Assembly: GCA_951406725.2 (NCBI GenBank)
Contig: OX597820.1
Span: 57,536,001-57,600,000, forward strand
Reading direction: 5' to 3'
Length of the DNA: 64,000 nucleotides
DNA from: Octopus vulgaris
Lineage: Eukaryota
Shown here: one piece after another, positions 14,574 through 27,817 of the stretch
Layout of the letters: every line of letters begins with the position of its first letter
How positions within the stretch are numbered: the stretch's first letter is position 1
Program-made: the position numbers and the translations under genes
Notes under the pieces: generated by a model
The model's input: the letters and a program-made list of their open reading frames with translations, nothing else
Database searches by the model: none
What the model was told of the DNA's origin: nothing

Positions 14574-15006
14574 TTATGCATTGAGTTTTATTTTCCTGGT
14601 TTAATCGTCAAATCTAGACATGCATACACACGCGCGCGAGCACACACACACACACACACGCACACACACGCACACACACTCAAACACACACACACACACA
14701 CACATACATACCCACGTATTTATATAACATTATCAGCATCACAAATTTAATGTATGTGATGTGTGTGTGTGTGTGTGTGTTATTAAATACTACAAAGATG
14801 CACTACTCCTTTAAAGACATCGTGTTCAAAAACAGCCTATTTCAAAGCTAGGTGGCGCAAAATCGCCCCGGAAGTGAATGAGAGCGACAGATATTGAAGT
14901 TTCGCGTTTCTTTCCGCTCTTCTGTAAGTACACACATGCACGTGTGTGGCTGTGTAAACGTAACTAAATGATTGGATAGCTATATGTCCATATATAAATC
15001 TATGTA

Positions 15007-15037
<31 letters not shown>

Positions 15038-15171
15038 ATGTATGTATGTATGTATGTATGTATGTATGTATGTATGTATGTGTGTATGCATGTATGTGTG
15101 TATGTATGTATGTATTATGTATGTATGTATGTATGTATGTATGTATGTATATATGTATGTATGTATGTATG

Positions 15172-15202
<31 letters not shown>

Positions 15203-15309
15203 TATGTATGTATGTATGTATGTATGTATGTATGTATGTATGTATGTATGTATGTATGTATTATGTATGTATGTATGTAAGTATGTATGTATATGTATGT
15301 AAGTGTTTA

Positions 15310-15582
15310 AGGTACTTAAAATCTCCGATTCTGAAACTAACAATATCGAATGCAGGAATGTAACAAATCTAAGATTTCCTAACGACATTGATGGACTGAC
15401 AGGAACGGAAGAGGAACTGATGGAATCAGTCAGCCGCCTTGACAGAATTTCTCGAAGTGCGGAATGGAAACCAGAGCAGAAATATAAAAAAAATAATAAA
15501 ACATGTTCATGACAAATGCCAACAGTACCATCTCAACAGACATCTTTATAAAAGGACAGAAACTAGAATGAGTGGACCATTT
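15310..15582 (+). mobile_element. RTE-clade LINE reverse transcriptase fragment
   Basis: RNVTNLRFPNDIDGLTGTEEELMESVSRLDRIS resembles the RTE RT motif NLRFADDIDGLAGxEEEL, here degenerate. Confidence 0.7.
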
Positions 15583-15898
15583 TCTGCCCACAAGGGGCTA
15601 CACACAGAGTCGTAAAGTCGACCTCGGCGGAATTTGAACTCAGAACGTAAAGGCGGACGAAATACCTATTTCTTTACTACCCACAAGGGGCTACACACAG
15701 AGGGGACAAACAAGGACAGACAAACGGATTACGTCGATTATATCGACCCCAGTGCGTAACTGGTATTTATTTAATCGACCCCGAAATGATGAACGGCAAA
15801 GTCGACCTCGGCGGAATTTGAACTCAGAACGTAAAGGCGGACGAAATGCTGCTAAGGTTTTTCGCTTGGCTTGTTGACGATTCTGCCAGCTCGCCGCC
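15583..15898 (-). mobile_element. SINE family A
   Basis: Reverse complement of the family A head plus repeated 3' module. Confidence 0.85.
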
Positions 15899-16140
15899 TC
15901 TGACAATGATTTCAAGTTTTAGCGCAAAGCCAGCAATTATTAACGATAAATAGTCAATACTTGAAATCCTTGCAAGAATCGCTCGGGCAATGACCGTAGA
16001 AACCAATGTCAAACCAATATGGACAGGACTTTTGTTTGCATCTTCTTGTCGCGTGCAAGACGTTGGCTCTCGCGGCGAACATTGTGTATGAAACATTGTG
16101 TATGAAACATTTTGGCATAGCCATTTTAGTACTACCTTTG

Positions 16141-16189
<49 letters not shown>

Positions 16190-16209
16190 AATTCTCTCAC
16201 CCTTATTAA

Positions 16210-16289
<80 letters not shown>

Positions 16290-16896
16290 ATATAATATAA
16301 TATAATATAATATAATATAATATAATATAATATAAATCCCGTTCTATCTGTGTGTGTAGAAGATTATGACGGCCGTATTTTGTAACTGATTTCATCCACA
16401 CTGGGAACATACATTACTTATGTTCCAGGAATGGTTTTAGACTCTTAAAATTTTACACGTAATGAGTAACAGGCCCCTTGGGAACAGAAAACCCGTTCTT
16501 TGGTTACATAGAGAAGGGATGTAACTCTTTGCGAAGTAACTTTCAGAAACTGACTGTCTCCCTTACATCCATTGGTAATAAAAAAAAATAAATATTGCTT
16601 TTTTATATCAGATTCACGTCTTTAAAAGTTTTTAAAAATATTTACTTCTCTCTATCTCCCTATCCATATCTGTCAATCTTTCTCTCTCTGTCTATCTCTC
16701 TCTCTATATATATATTTCACTATTTATATCTCTCTATCCATCTCTTTATACCAATCTATCTGTATCTATCTGTCTATATTTTATCTATCTATATCTATCT
16801 TACTTGGAAAAGGATGCGTGGCGTTCGATCATATAATAATATAAATAATGTATAAATATATGCATATATACATGCATATATCTACATACCAACATC

Positions 16897-16938
<42 letters not shown>

Positions 16939-16944
16939 CATGCA

Positions 16945-17347
16945 TATATGGGTTATTGTGTTTACTGTCTTGACTTGTTCTTATTGTCCTGTTCTTGTTA
17001 CCACTTTTACCTCTCAGCAAAAAATCCTAAACTTTATTTAATTTGTTTTGTTTCAACGAAGTCGCGTCTTGTCCTTGCCTTCGTAAAGCGGAGTAGACGA
17101 AACAGCGACAACTGTAGAAGAGGAATATTCCTTGTGTTGTATGTCTTGTATTCTGTTTTTTCGTTGTTTGAAAAAAAAAGTTCGTTCCCATGTTTTCGTT
17201 TTTATGTTTTCGTTTCTCATTTGTGTTCAACGTTTTTTTTTCTGATGTCCTGTACCCATATATGCATGTATATATACATATAGATGTAGGTATGTACATA
17301 TATGTATGTATATATGCATATATTTATGTATTATTTATATTATTATA
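16945..17347. repeat. Dispersed repeat family D, copy 2 (inverted relative to 1077-1500)
   Basis: Direct sequence comparison with 1077-1500. Confidence 0.7.
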
Positions 17348-17714
17348 TCTATATTATTTGTCTAACTAGGTAGCTCCCTCTCTGTTGCTCAAATGAATTA
17401 CCAAAATCTGCCAAATGAATCGCCAAAATCTATCTTTCACTGTTTATAATTCGTACCTGTATTTTTTTTTTTTGCTTCGAAATAAGCTACACAAACGTGT
17501 TTTTGATTTACGTGTATTTACTTTATATACATATATGAATTAAAATCTTTCTTTTAACATTTCACTTAACGTCTATGTTCCATGCTGGCATTGGTTGGAG
17601 AGTTATTAACGTAGAAAGTAGGTATTTCAGCTACTAACAGTTGAAACCTGCGTAATCTACATGGCATTTTAAAATGCTATTGTTCTCTTTAACCTGGGCA
17701 ACACTGGATATTTC

Positions 17715-17788
<74 letters not shown>

Positions 17789-17890
17789 TATGTGTGTGAG
17801 TGTATGTATATATATATATACAAATATGTGTGTGTGTACGTATGTATGTATATATGTATATATGCATATATGTGTATATATATATATGTG

Positions 17891-17924
<34 letters not shown>

Positions 17925-18024
17925 TATATACGTATATAAATATGTATATATATATATTTATATATAAATATATATATACATATGTATATATATATATATA
18001 TAAATATATATATTTATAAATATA

Positions 18025-18120
<96 letters not shown>

Positions 18121-18122
<2 letters not shown>

Positions 18123-18673
18123 TGGCTGCCCCCTCGTTATCGAGTATGGCCATTGCGCGAAGCTTAATCAATGTTGTTATCGTGCAATGCCTGTGCAAGA
18201 AGGTATTTTTTTAAGTGAGGAAAGGCTGTGCACTGAGTCAATCCCACTCACTAAGCAACAGCAGCCATAATCCGAAAAGAAGAACAAGTCAACATCATCG
18301 GTAACCACTGAGCCGCAGGTTTTATGTCGGAGTTATTCCAGTTACCTGAGTTACCTTCTCCTAGAAGGATGCCCTGACAAAGGCTAGGAGTCCTTCACTC
18401 CCAATGGTTTAACTGCGCGATCGGGTATTCAATCCGATTATTTCTATGTCCCCGCGCATGATACAGCCTTAAGACATTTATTGGATGGCCGTTGACTCTC
18501 AAGAGTTCCTCCGCCCTTTGACGGGTTTTGTTTTTCATCCCGCAGGGTGACCAATAAACACCCTCCTCACCAAGCGAGCTTGGTGGGGTTGCCGGTTTAG
18601 TCTCCGACGACCCGACCATGCAACAGGTAGTACTGGGTTACATGTTACCAGTAGCACTCGAAAGTGACCTGAT
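18121..18673 (-). mobile_element. GC-richer interspersed repeat inserted in (TA)n, possibly RTE-related
   Basis: A diverged copy lies on + at ~7963-8140 (gtaacatgtaa..gttgca..gggtcgt..gcttggtgaggagggt..ggatgaaaaacaaaac). The family assignment is an inference. Confidence 0.55.
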
Positions 18674-18702
18674 ATACATATATATACATATACATACATA
18701 CA

Positions 18703-18847
<145 letters not shown>

Positions 18848-19252
18848 TACATATGTTTCATAGCGAGTAGAACCTCGGAATTGGGAAATTTCCAAGCAAA
18901 GTGTATACGGCAGGCTACTCGTCAGGCAAAGGGTATCTCGAGTAAATCGAAGTTCACATTGTCGCAAGGAGGTACATGTTAGCACATGAATGTTGAGAGG
19001 TTTATTTATTCACCAGGGTACATAGCGCCTCAGCCGTTGGAACCCTGTGTCTCAATTCCGTTCGACCTTATGTTTTTGGTTCTTGTCTTTATTTCAACGA
19101 TTTCCTTTCCTCGTTACGCTAACCTTGCGCGTTGCCGAGGGTGTGATGTTATTTATTTTTAGGCACCTAAAAAAAAAAAAATAGGAAGCGGGGTTTGAAT
19201 GTAGCCATCTGAAATACTACAAAGAATTTGGTCCAGTTTCTTAAAGTCCTAC

Positions 19253-19522
19253 CGTCCCTGTCCTCGATTGCCACGTCGAAAAAAAACAAATGGGAAAGTT
19301 TGCCACTATAATAAAAATCGATCATGGAAATCAGTAAGTCAAAACAACCAAATCGTATTATTCAGTACCACAGTGCTACTACTACGACAGTTCGACGACT
19401 TCGCCTTACAGCATTTTTATGACATATGAAACATTAACAGAGTCGCCCTGCAATTCAATTCTTCTTTGTCGAGAAGCTCTCCATTGTGCAATGGGAGATG
19501 AAGGGGAGACACCGTCGTTTAG
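19253..19522 (-). CDS. Candidate exon pair (19410-19522 and 19253-19305) of an unidentified gene
   Basis: Acceptor attcatttcag, donor gtaagg, acceptor ttttattatag. Phase-compatible translation LNDGVSPSSPIAQWRASRQRRIELQGDSVNVSYVIKMLGKLSHLFFFDVAIEDRD. Confidence 0.3.
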
Positions 19523-19772
19523 CTGAAATGAATTTGAAAGTAGATACTATAATTCTAATGTTCCATTTTTCTTCATTTTAGCAGTGATCTTCCTTAACGT
19601 AATCTTTAAAAATTCTTATGTAAGAAGAGATTAATATTAATAACATATCAAGTAATATTGATGTGTATACATCATATATCATATATTACATATCGTGTGT
19701 GTGTGTATATATATCCTCACATACATATATACATACATACATACATATATTTATATATGTACATATATGTAT

Positions 19773-19833
<61 letters not shown>

Positions 19834-20160
19834 TATGTCTGTGTGTGGATATATCTGTGTGCATACATACATACATACATAAATATATATATATATATGT
19901 ATACACGCGAATAAATTTGCATGTATTGATGTAGTTATACACTTCCATGCACGCGCAGATAAATCTAGGAGTGTATGTATAGGTATGTACGTGTGTATGT
20001 GTGTGTGTATGTGCGTGCGTGCGTGCGTGCGTGTTTATGTGTGTGTGTGTGCATCGACGTATATAAGTAAGGATATATGTATGCTTACTGATGTATTTAT
20101 ACATACCTTTACATTTGTAGACACACACATGTGTGCATATAATATATATATATATGTATA

Positions 20161-20222
<62 letters not shown>

Positions 20223-20971
20223 GTACATACATACATACATACATACATACATACATACATACATACATACATACATACATACATACATACATACATACAT
20301 ACATACACAACAGGGGAGGAAACACTAATCTTGAAAGAAGATCTAACGCTTTTGTTACTTTCCTCAGTTGAAGTTCGATCGTAATATAACTTATGTATTT
20401 CAAGTGAAAAGATCAAAGGCCAGCATTTTTGTTCCGTATTTGACAAGATCCGGGCGGGGGTTTTGATGAGATTTTATTTTATTTTTTAAATATTTATTTT
20501 ATTCATATATTTGTTCATTTATTTATCTATTTGAAATTTTTTTCTTCATTCATAATAAATATATCTTTTAGCGAACCAAATATATTCGATTTGTTAAATT
20601 GTGGAGTTACCATCATCTGTAGTGTTTCTTCATCAGACAACAGCGATGTTAATATAATAAATATATGGTATAAGCACACCAACTAGTATTCCTCACGTAT
20701 TTAAACGTATTGCTTCTTTTATAACAAGAACTTAATTTACATTTCTATTTTTGATATATTGTATATTGTTCATATATTGGCTAGTGTATAAATGTAGTGT
20801 ATAAATGTAGGCTTTGTTTTTATTTAGGCTTTTCTTCACTTTCAATTTTCCTGACGACATTTATTATATATTACATATTACTTATATTCTGTATTTATTC
20901 ACTAAAATCGTTTGCATCTTATTTATTCCCGCGAGTATTCTATATCCTTAAGCTTAAAGTAGTAAGAAACG

Positions 20972-21002
<31 letters not shown>

Positions 21003-21062
21003 CATACACGTATGTATGTTGTATGTGTGTATGTATATAGATAGATAGATAGATAGATATAT

Positions 21063-21101
<39 letters not shown>

Positions 21102-21116
21102 TATAGATAGATAGAT

Positions 21117-21209
<93 letters not shown>

Positions 21210-22269
21210 AACTTACTTCGAAAAGGATGCGTGGCGTTCGATCATATAATAATCAAGGGCCCGGGAACAGGGGGTGCAGCGGGCGCACCTGCACCCCTTA
21301 GAATTTTCAGGAGGTGCAAGATCAAAATTTGCACCCTCTACATAATTTTACCAGTTTCAGAAAATAGTGTCTAAAAAATTATCTGTATAAGATGCTTGAA
21401 GCTAGATTTCGTTTCAAAGCAAAAACAAAGAACAAAAATAAATAAGTAAAAGTGATGAAGCTGGGCTTAAAATTCCCAAGGGAATTTATGACTAACCAAC
21501 TTCTGAAGCAAAATAACGTCAAAATAAAAAGTATGTGACAACAACAACAACAGTAGCAGCAAACAACAAGAACGACAACATGACCAGCATCTACGGCTAC
21601 TCTTCAATACATTGCATTACTTGGATTCTTGAAGACAGCACTATTCTGACAAAAATAACTCCAAAATCTTGCAATGCTGAAAATGTGTGATGGTTCTTGT
21701 CCTCTTTCAGTCTGTCACCTCTCTCAAGTTCTTTGTAGTTGATGTTGCTAAAGACTGACGACATGGTTGAATGGATTCGACTGTTTGACCTCAGCCTAAA
21801 AATAAGTGCCCTTTAAAAATTCTTTCAGTCATATCGGTTTTCTCATTTAGGTTGTTAGGTCCAAAATTTGACAAGGGAACAAAATGATATATTTTTATCT
21901 TTGATATTTAATGCTCATTGTTAAATGCTTTGATACTTATTGCTCATTCGAAATACTAGTCCAGTTTAAGAAAAAAAAGAAAAAGATTTTGAAAGGAAAC
22001 ATTTAACTAAAAATGATTGCAGACCAACCCCGAAATTACCTAATTTGCAAAGAAATGTATTCGACAATTTCAGACTAATTTATATAAAAAAGAAATGATA
22101 TTAAAAGCATTACCTACAGTCATCCTGACGCGGTTAACCACGAAGATCACTTCAGAGATGCTTTTTTTTTTGCTCATAAGTCTAACCCTAGCTGAGGCCA
22201 GCACACAGGCTAATATGCATTTAACAGGAGTCTTTAATTTTACTAATCTTAGCTGGTCCGAGGATTATA

Positions 22270-23330
22270 TCCAGCCTGGAACTAAGCAACTGAAGTGGAG
22301 GGATATGAACCCTTTCCTCAATACAACAAAAGACTTTCCCATACAACAAATCATTACCCGTCCAATTAGGAGAAAATAACACACTCGACTTTGTTTTTAT
22401 TCACAATGTTCAGGTCATTCCCACAGCTATTTCCAACCAAAGCATTATACAATTATCTGTATATGGTACAAAGAAATATCCGACTCGCCGTATGGATTTC
22501 TACCCTAAAGATCTTGCCTAACAAATCTTCTCTTTCTTGAAGAATGGATTACAAGAACCATGGATGAAAAATACTTGGTGTGCGTGGCATTTTTGGACTT
22601 CGCAAAGGCGTTTGACTCCGTTAATCACTGACTTCTCTTGCGCAAACTTCGAGCATTCAAGATTCATCCATTGGTGACTTTGTGGATTTCTTCCTTCCTG
22701 AGCTATCAGAACCTTTTGGGTGCAGATAAATGGAGATCTCTCCGCGGAGACGAATGCATGCAGCGGCGTTCCCCAGGGGTCGGTGCTGGAGCCAATACTT
22801 TTCCTTCTCTATATCAACGACCTGCCAGATTTTTTTGATGGAAGAGTTCTCCTATTTGCAGACGACGTCAAACTTGTCTCACATAGGAATCAATACAACA
22901 TACTCCAATCGTCGCTGAACCGAGCTTGGAATTGGGCGGAAGAATGGAATCTGAACTTGAACGCATCAAAATGCAGCCATTTGCCAATAGGTTCATCTCC
23001 AAACTCTCCCTTGACTATTGGCCACAAACATCAACACCTTAAGATGGTCATTGAAGAAACTTCAGCATAATTCATCGATACTACTTTCAAACAACCACGG
23101 CAGGGTATCGAGGCAGCGAACAAAGCCAGAAGGAATCTTTTCCTCATCCACCGATCCTTTGCCAACCTTTCAATGGACGCCTTTTGGTCTGTATATATCA
23201 CTCTTGTTCGATCCATCCTCGAATATTACATCCATACCTCAAACCCATATCTCCAGAAAGACATTCAGCACCTGGAACAGGTTCAGCACTTGGTCACCCA
23301 AATGGGCGCGGGCTTGTCTAAGCTTGCGTA
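22270..23330 (+). mobile_element. CR1/L2-group LINE RT pseudogene fragment
   Basis: AFLDFAKAFDSVNH, SGVPQGSVLEPILFLLYINDLP, LLFADDVKL, WNLNLNASKC and LVRSILEY motifs, with stops and frameshifts. Confidence 0.9.
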
Positions 23331-23386
23331 AAAGGAACATCGAAAAATACCTTAGGAATGAGAACACAGGTTCGAAATTTCCCCAA

Positions 23387-23432
23387 GACACCTGATGAAG
23401 GCTGGAGAGTATATCAGCCGAAACGTTGTGTT
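23387..23432 (+). ncRNA. Minimal Penelope-type hammerhead ribozyme
   Basis: gacac-CTGATGA-a-ggctg..cagcc-GAAA-cg-TT-gtgtt, with an AACGTT palindrome in place of stem III. Confidence 0.7.
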
Positions 23433-23715
23433 AACAACAAACAAGATGAGGACAAATATCCATCGAATGAAAATAATGTAAATAATTCCTCATCTCTTAA
23501 ATATAGAACTGTGGAGGGACATGTTCCAAACTTCGGCACTGGAGAGAGTTTTAACGCACGAACATTTATATACTCTAAGCTTGCAAATATACTACGTTTG
23601 AAATCATGGGCTACAATACTCTATTGTAACAATCTGACATTTAGAGTTCCATCAACTGTTCAACTACCTATCTAAATTGAAAGAAATATAAAAAGAGACT
23701 GCTATTGAAACTGTA

Positions 23716-23848
23716 AAGTTCCGAGGATTTTCTAACTTCCGGGAAAATTCGTTGAAACTTCCTGGAAAGTTCCGAAAATTTTCTAACTTCCGGGAAAGTT
23801 CATGGAAAGTTCCGAGGATTTTCTAACTTCCGGGAAAATTTGTCGAAA
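23716..23848. repeat. Short tandem repeat, ~3 copies of aaagttccgaggattttctaacttccggga
   Basis: Direct inspection. Confidence 0.75.
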
Positions 23849-24239
23849 TCTACCTCACCTAGTACTCATTTCAGATCCCCAGTTTATCTTTTCACTTTTC
23901 ATTCTTTTTCTTTCCTTCTAACTACTTCGAAATTCCTTCCCTCTACCCCATCTCTCTATCCTTCACCTGAGCCTTCTCATTGAACCTTTGGAACACAAGC
24001 ACCACTATTTTCTTCCATTTTTTTTTTTTTTTTAGTTTTTCTCATGTAGTGTCCCACATTTTGAAATACTTGCAATTTGTATTTTTACTGCTTATTTTAG
24101 CTCTGCTTGATATATTTCCAAAATTAAACATTTTAATATGCAAAATATACTTCACATTATTATATATACTATGCATTAATGCAAAAAATATTGTGTTTAT
24201 TGGCTACCTTCAAAATGATACCACCAATGGAAAATTTCA

Positions 24240-24680
24240 ATATCAACTTCCTAAGGCAGTTATGAAAGGCTATCAAGACCAAACACCCCTGAAAACTGAT
24301 GAATGGGGTCTTGTTTCATTAGGACAATGCTTCAGCACACAAGTCCTTGGTTTCAATGGCTTCTGTGTGTGACTTGCTTTGAACTGGTTCATCATCCTAC
24401 CTATGTTAGTGATTTGGTTCCTTCTGGTTATCATCTGTTTCCCAACATAGAAAAATACTCAGCTGAGCACCAGTATCACTATGATGAGAACATCTTATCT
24501 GTTGTTGATGACCATTTTGATCAACAGAAAAGCTTCTTCACCAGTGCGACCCAAGCACTGCAACTACTAATGGAAGCGTGTGGACAGTAAGAGGAACTAT
24601 GTTAGAAAATGAACTTCATTTGGTCACATTCCATTGAGAGTGTCTTGCTCAGATTATGAACACTTCAGCCGACCCTCATA
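24240..24680 (+). mobile_element. Mariner transposase 3' fragment with right TIR
   Basis: DNASAH and FELVHHPTYVSDLVPSGYHLFPN (decayed HPPYSPDLAPSDYHLF). The terminus resembles the TIR at 30808-30829. Confidence 0.8.
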
Positions 24681-25060
24681 ATAATAAAAATTATTATGTT
24701 TTAATGTTAACATTGGAAAAATCCACATTTTTCATGAAAAAATTAGGAACTGGGTTTTCACCCCCTTAGCAAATTTTGTTGCTGGGCCACTGATAATAAT
24801 ATAAATAATATATAAATATATGCATATATACATACATATATGTACATAACTGCGCAGATGCAGTTTATATGTATAATATTACCCTGATAATATTTATTAT
24901 GTTTAAATATTTTTTGATAAATTTGTTCGAAATGTTACCGGCATCCTCTCTGTCGCCGGAAATAAACTGCATCTGCGCAGTAGATTTGAAAAGTGAGAAT
25001 ATACAGGCAGCGATTATACATGCGGATCTAGTTGTGTGTATATTTAAAATCTAAAGGCTA

Positions 25061-25127
25061 CCTACTGATGAAGACTGACCTCAGTAAATATTTTTTTACT
25101 GAAATTAGTCAGAAACCATGGTCTAGG
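25061..25127 (+). ncRNA. Minimal hammerhead ribozyme
   Basis: ccta-CTGATGA-a-gactga..tcagtaaa..tttactga..ttagtc-a-GAAA-CCATGG-TC-tagg, with a perfect palindrome as stem III and a GTC cleavage triplet at 25121-25123. Confidence 0.7.
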
Positions 25128-25274
25128 AACTAAATGAGATGGTAAACGTTTTTAATTTTCATTCCTTTTGAGAATTTATCCCTAATTAGTGGTTTGAGTT
25201 TTCTACTGCTCTTTCTAGCACAAGGCTTTCCTATTTGGAAGCCTCTTAATGCGTTTTAATGTACACGATATTTT

Positions 25275-25310
<36 letters not shown>

Positions 25311-25391
25311 TATATATATATATATAAGCGTTAAATAGGTACTTTAGATAATAAAGAACTTAAAATGGATAACGTTGTTGTGTTGTAGCTT

Positions 25392-25393
<2 letters not shown>

Positions 25394-25422
<29 letters not shown>

Positions 25423-25478
25423 AAGAAGAAGAAGAAGAAGAAGAAGAAGAAGAAGAAGAAGAAGAAGAAGAAGAAGAA
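25394..25478. repeat. (GAA)n microsatellite
   Basis: Perfect trinucleotide run. Confidence 0.95.
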
Positions 25479-25927
25479 ATATCAAGATTAAGAATCGTTA
25501 ATGCTACCAATATATTGCATAATCGAAAAGAGACATTTCTTTCAGTCGATATTGTCTAAGCCTGGATATTCCAACGGATACGAGCTGTACTGTAGCATAT
25601 CAAACTGAGATCAATCAGCTCATGGTTATCGATCTGTCCAAAAAAGAACGCAAAACAATCAAATACAAGGTCTATAAAGTAAAGAGGTTAAAACAAAACA
25701 ACACAAAACAAGTGCTATCGCATAAGCTAGACACTTGAGCAGTAATTTTTCACAGAATATACGGATTTCTTTTTTTCTTTTCTTTCTTTTTTTTCTGTTT
25801 TCGCTTGACTGGATTAAATAGAAAACTTAGATATTATGATGAAGGTCAAGAGTGAATTATTATCTCTTTAGATTATAAGAGATTTGCGTAGCATCTGTAC
25901 ACAGACACACACACACACACGGCTATT

Positions 25928-26023
<96 letters not shown>

Positions 26024-26079
26024 GGGAAACGAAAGAACGATAGTGGAATGAACGATGTAAAATACGCATATGCATACGT

Positions 26080-26196
<117 letters not shown>

Positions 26197-26624
26197 TATA
26201 TACATATATGCATACATATATATGTACGTATACATGTGCGTATTTTCACACTTCGTTCATTCTACTCTTCGTTCTTTCGTTCCCCCTCTCTCACATTTCC
26301 TGGCCTCTCTTCATGCTCACTTTCCCTCCGCTTTCAATTCACTCTGTCCCTTTCATTTTTCCTCGCCCCTCCTTAATTCTTCTATCCCTCTGTCTCTGCC
26401 TCTCTCCTCTCCCCACGCGACGGTTTTCAGCCAAGTCTGACCTTTCTTTCTTGGTTCGACTACCATCCGTGCAACATCTATATTCCTCCCTGTGCCTGTC
26501 AAATTTTATGTCCCTTCCACACACGCCAGCTTAATTTAATTCGTCCTTAGTCGATACCTGTTGTTATATCCTGTTATCTGCATCTGTATTTGTGTAACAT
26601 TTCTCTGTTTTTTTCTGTACTTGT

Positions 26625-26882
26625 TTTTATATACATTCGCTGCTTTCTTCCAAGGAATCTAATGCTCTTAGCTTAGTTTTTCCTTGGGGCTGGCTATATT
26701 GGAGCGATCTCGAGTATAACCAACCGAAATTGCAAAGATAATCTGGAACTCGACTGAGGAAGGAAAACTCCGAATGACCCATCCTTGTTTTCTTTGTATC
26801 GTCCGTCTGGATGTTTTGTAGTCTCTTTTTGGGATCACCTGTCTGGATGTTTTGCGTTCTTGTCCACTTTTTGTATTTTTTC
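26625..26882. repeat. Dispersed repeat family F (diverged; inverted relative to 41600-41935)
   Basis: atacattcg..ctttcttccaagg.atctaatgc.ctt.gcttag..ttggagc.atctc..gaaattgc matches the reverse complement of 41700-41830. Confidence 0.7.
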
Positions 26883-26897
26883 ATATATATGTATATT

Positions 26898-27731
26898 CAG
26901 GGTGCGATGGTAAATTGTCGCAATTTGATATCCTTAATTTCGCGCATGCGCATTGTTTATTTTTGAATTTGTCGACTACACAGTATAATAGGGTCAGTTG
27001 GGCACTGTCTGTGAGAAAAACAGCACTATGATGCAATTCACTCTGCCAGAAATCTGGAAACGAGATACTGTACTGCTTGGCCTTCGCACCGGAAGCTCCA
27101 ATACGAACAGATGGTGAACACACAGAACAACCGTTGGTTTGCCTTGTCCCCAAAGCATGTACCAAGAGTGATGAAAATCAAAACATTCAGTCAACATCAT
27201 GGTGTTTGGAGTGTTCACTAGTGATGGCGATGTTATGCCTCCATTCCTCTCCCCACACAGTTTCAGACTCAACACAGAGACCTACATCAAGTGCCTAGAG
27301 GAGGTAATGTTGCTCTCGATCAAGAGGGTGGCTCTTCAAGACCCTATGTCTGGCAACAGGACTCTGCACCATGCCACACAAGCAGAAGAACCTATACATG
27401 GCTGCCAGATAATTTCTCATCACCACTAACATCTGGGCACCTAACTCCCCAGGCTGCAACCCCCTTGATTATTATGTGTGGGGTGCAGTTGAACGAGAGA
27501 CTAACAAAGATGAACTGATAACAAGGATTATGGCAACATTCACCAACTTAAACAAGGAGACCATCCAGAAGAGTTGCAGGAGATACCGAGGTCGTCTGGT
27601 GGCCGTGGTTGAAAATGAAGTTACTCTTTAGTATTTCAAGATATTTTTATGTAATTTTGGTAAATCTGTTAAAATGAGATGTCAGTGTCATTTTTGCGCA
27701 ATTTAAAGGACTGTTTATTAACCGCACCCTG
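26898..27731 (+). mobile_element. Tc1/mariner maT (DD37D)-like element, internally deleted
   Basis: Termini cagggtgcg / cgcaccctg-TA. Transposase motifs IMVFGVFTSDGDVMPP, YVWQQDSAPCHTS and WAPNSPxCNPLDYYVWG. Confidence 0.85.

Positions 27732-27817
<86 letters not shown>

Larger units (their letters stand above)
21254..24792. mobile_element. hAT-type DNA transposon (decayed) with nested insertions
   Basis: Imperfect TIRs caagggcccgggaac / gttgctgggccactg and an exact 8-bp TSD ATAATAAT (21246-21253, 24793-24800). The uninterrupted target repeat is visible at 16812-16870. Confidence 0.75.

Noticed and set aside
18580-18673. Possible HDV-like or twister ribozyme at the 5' end of the minus-strand repeat
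   Set aside because: Hairpins are present, but the nested pseudoknot and conserved core could not be assigned by eye.
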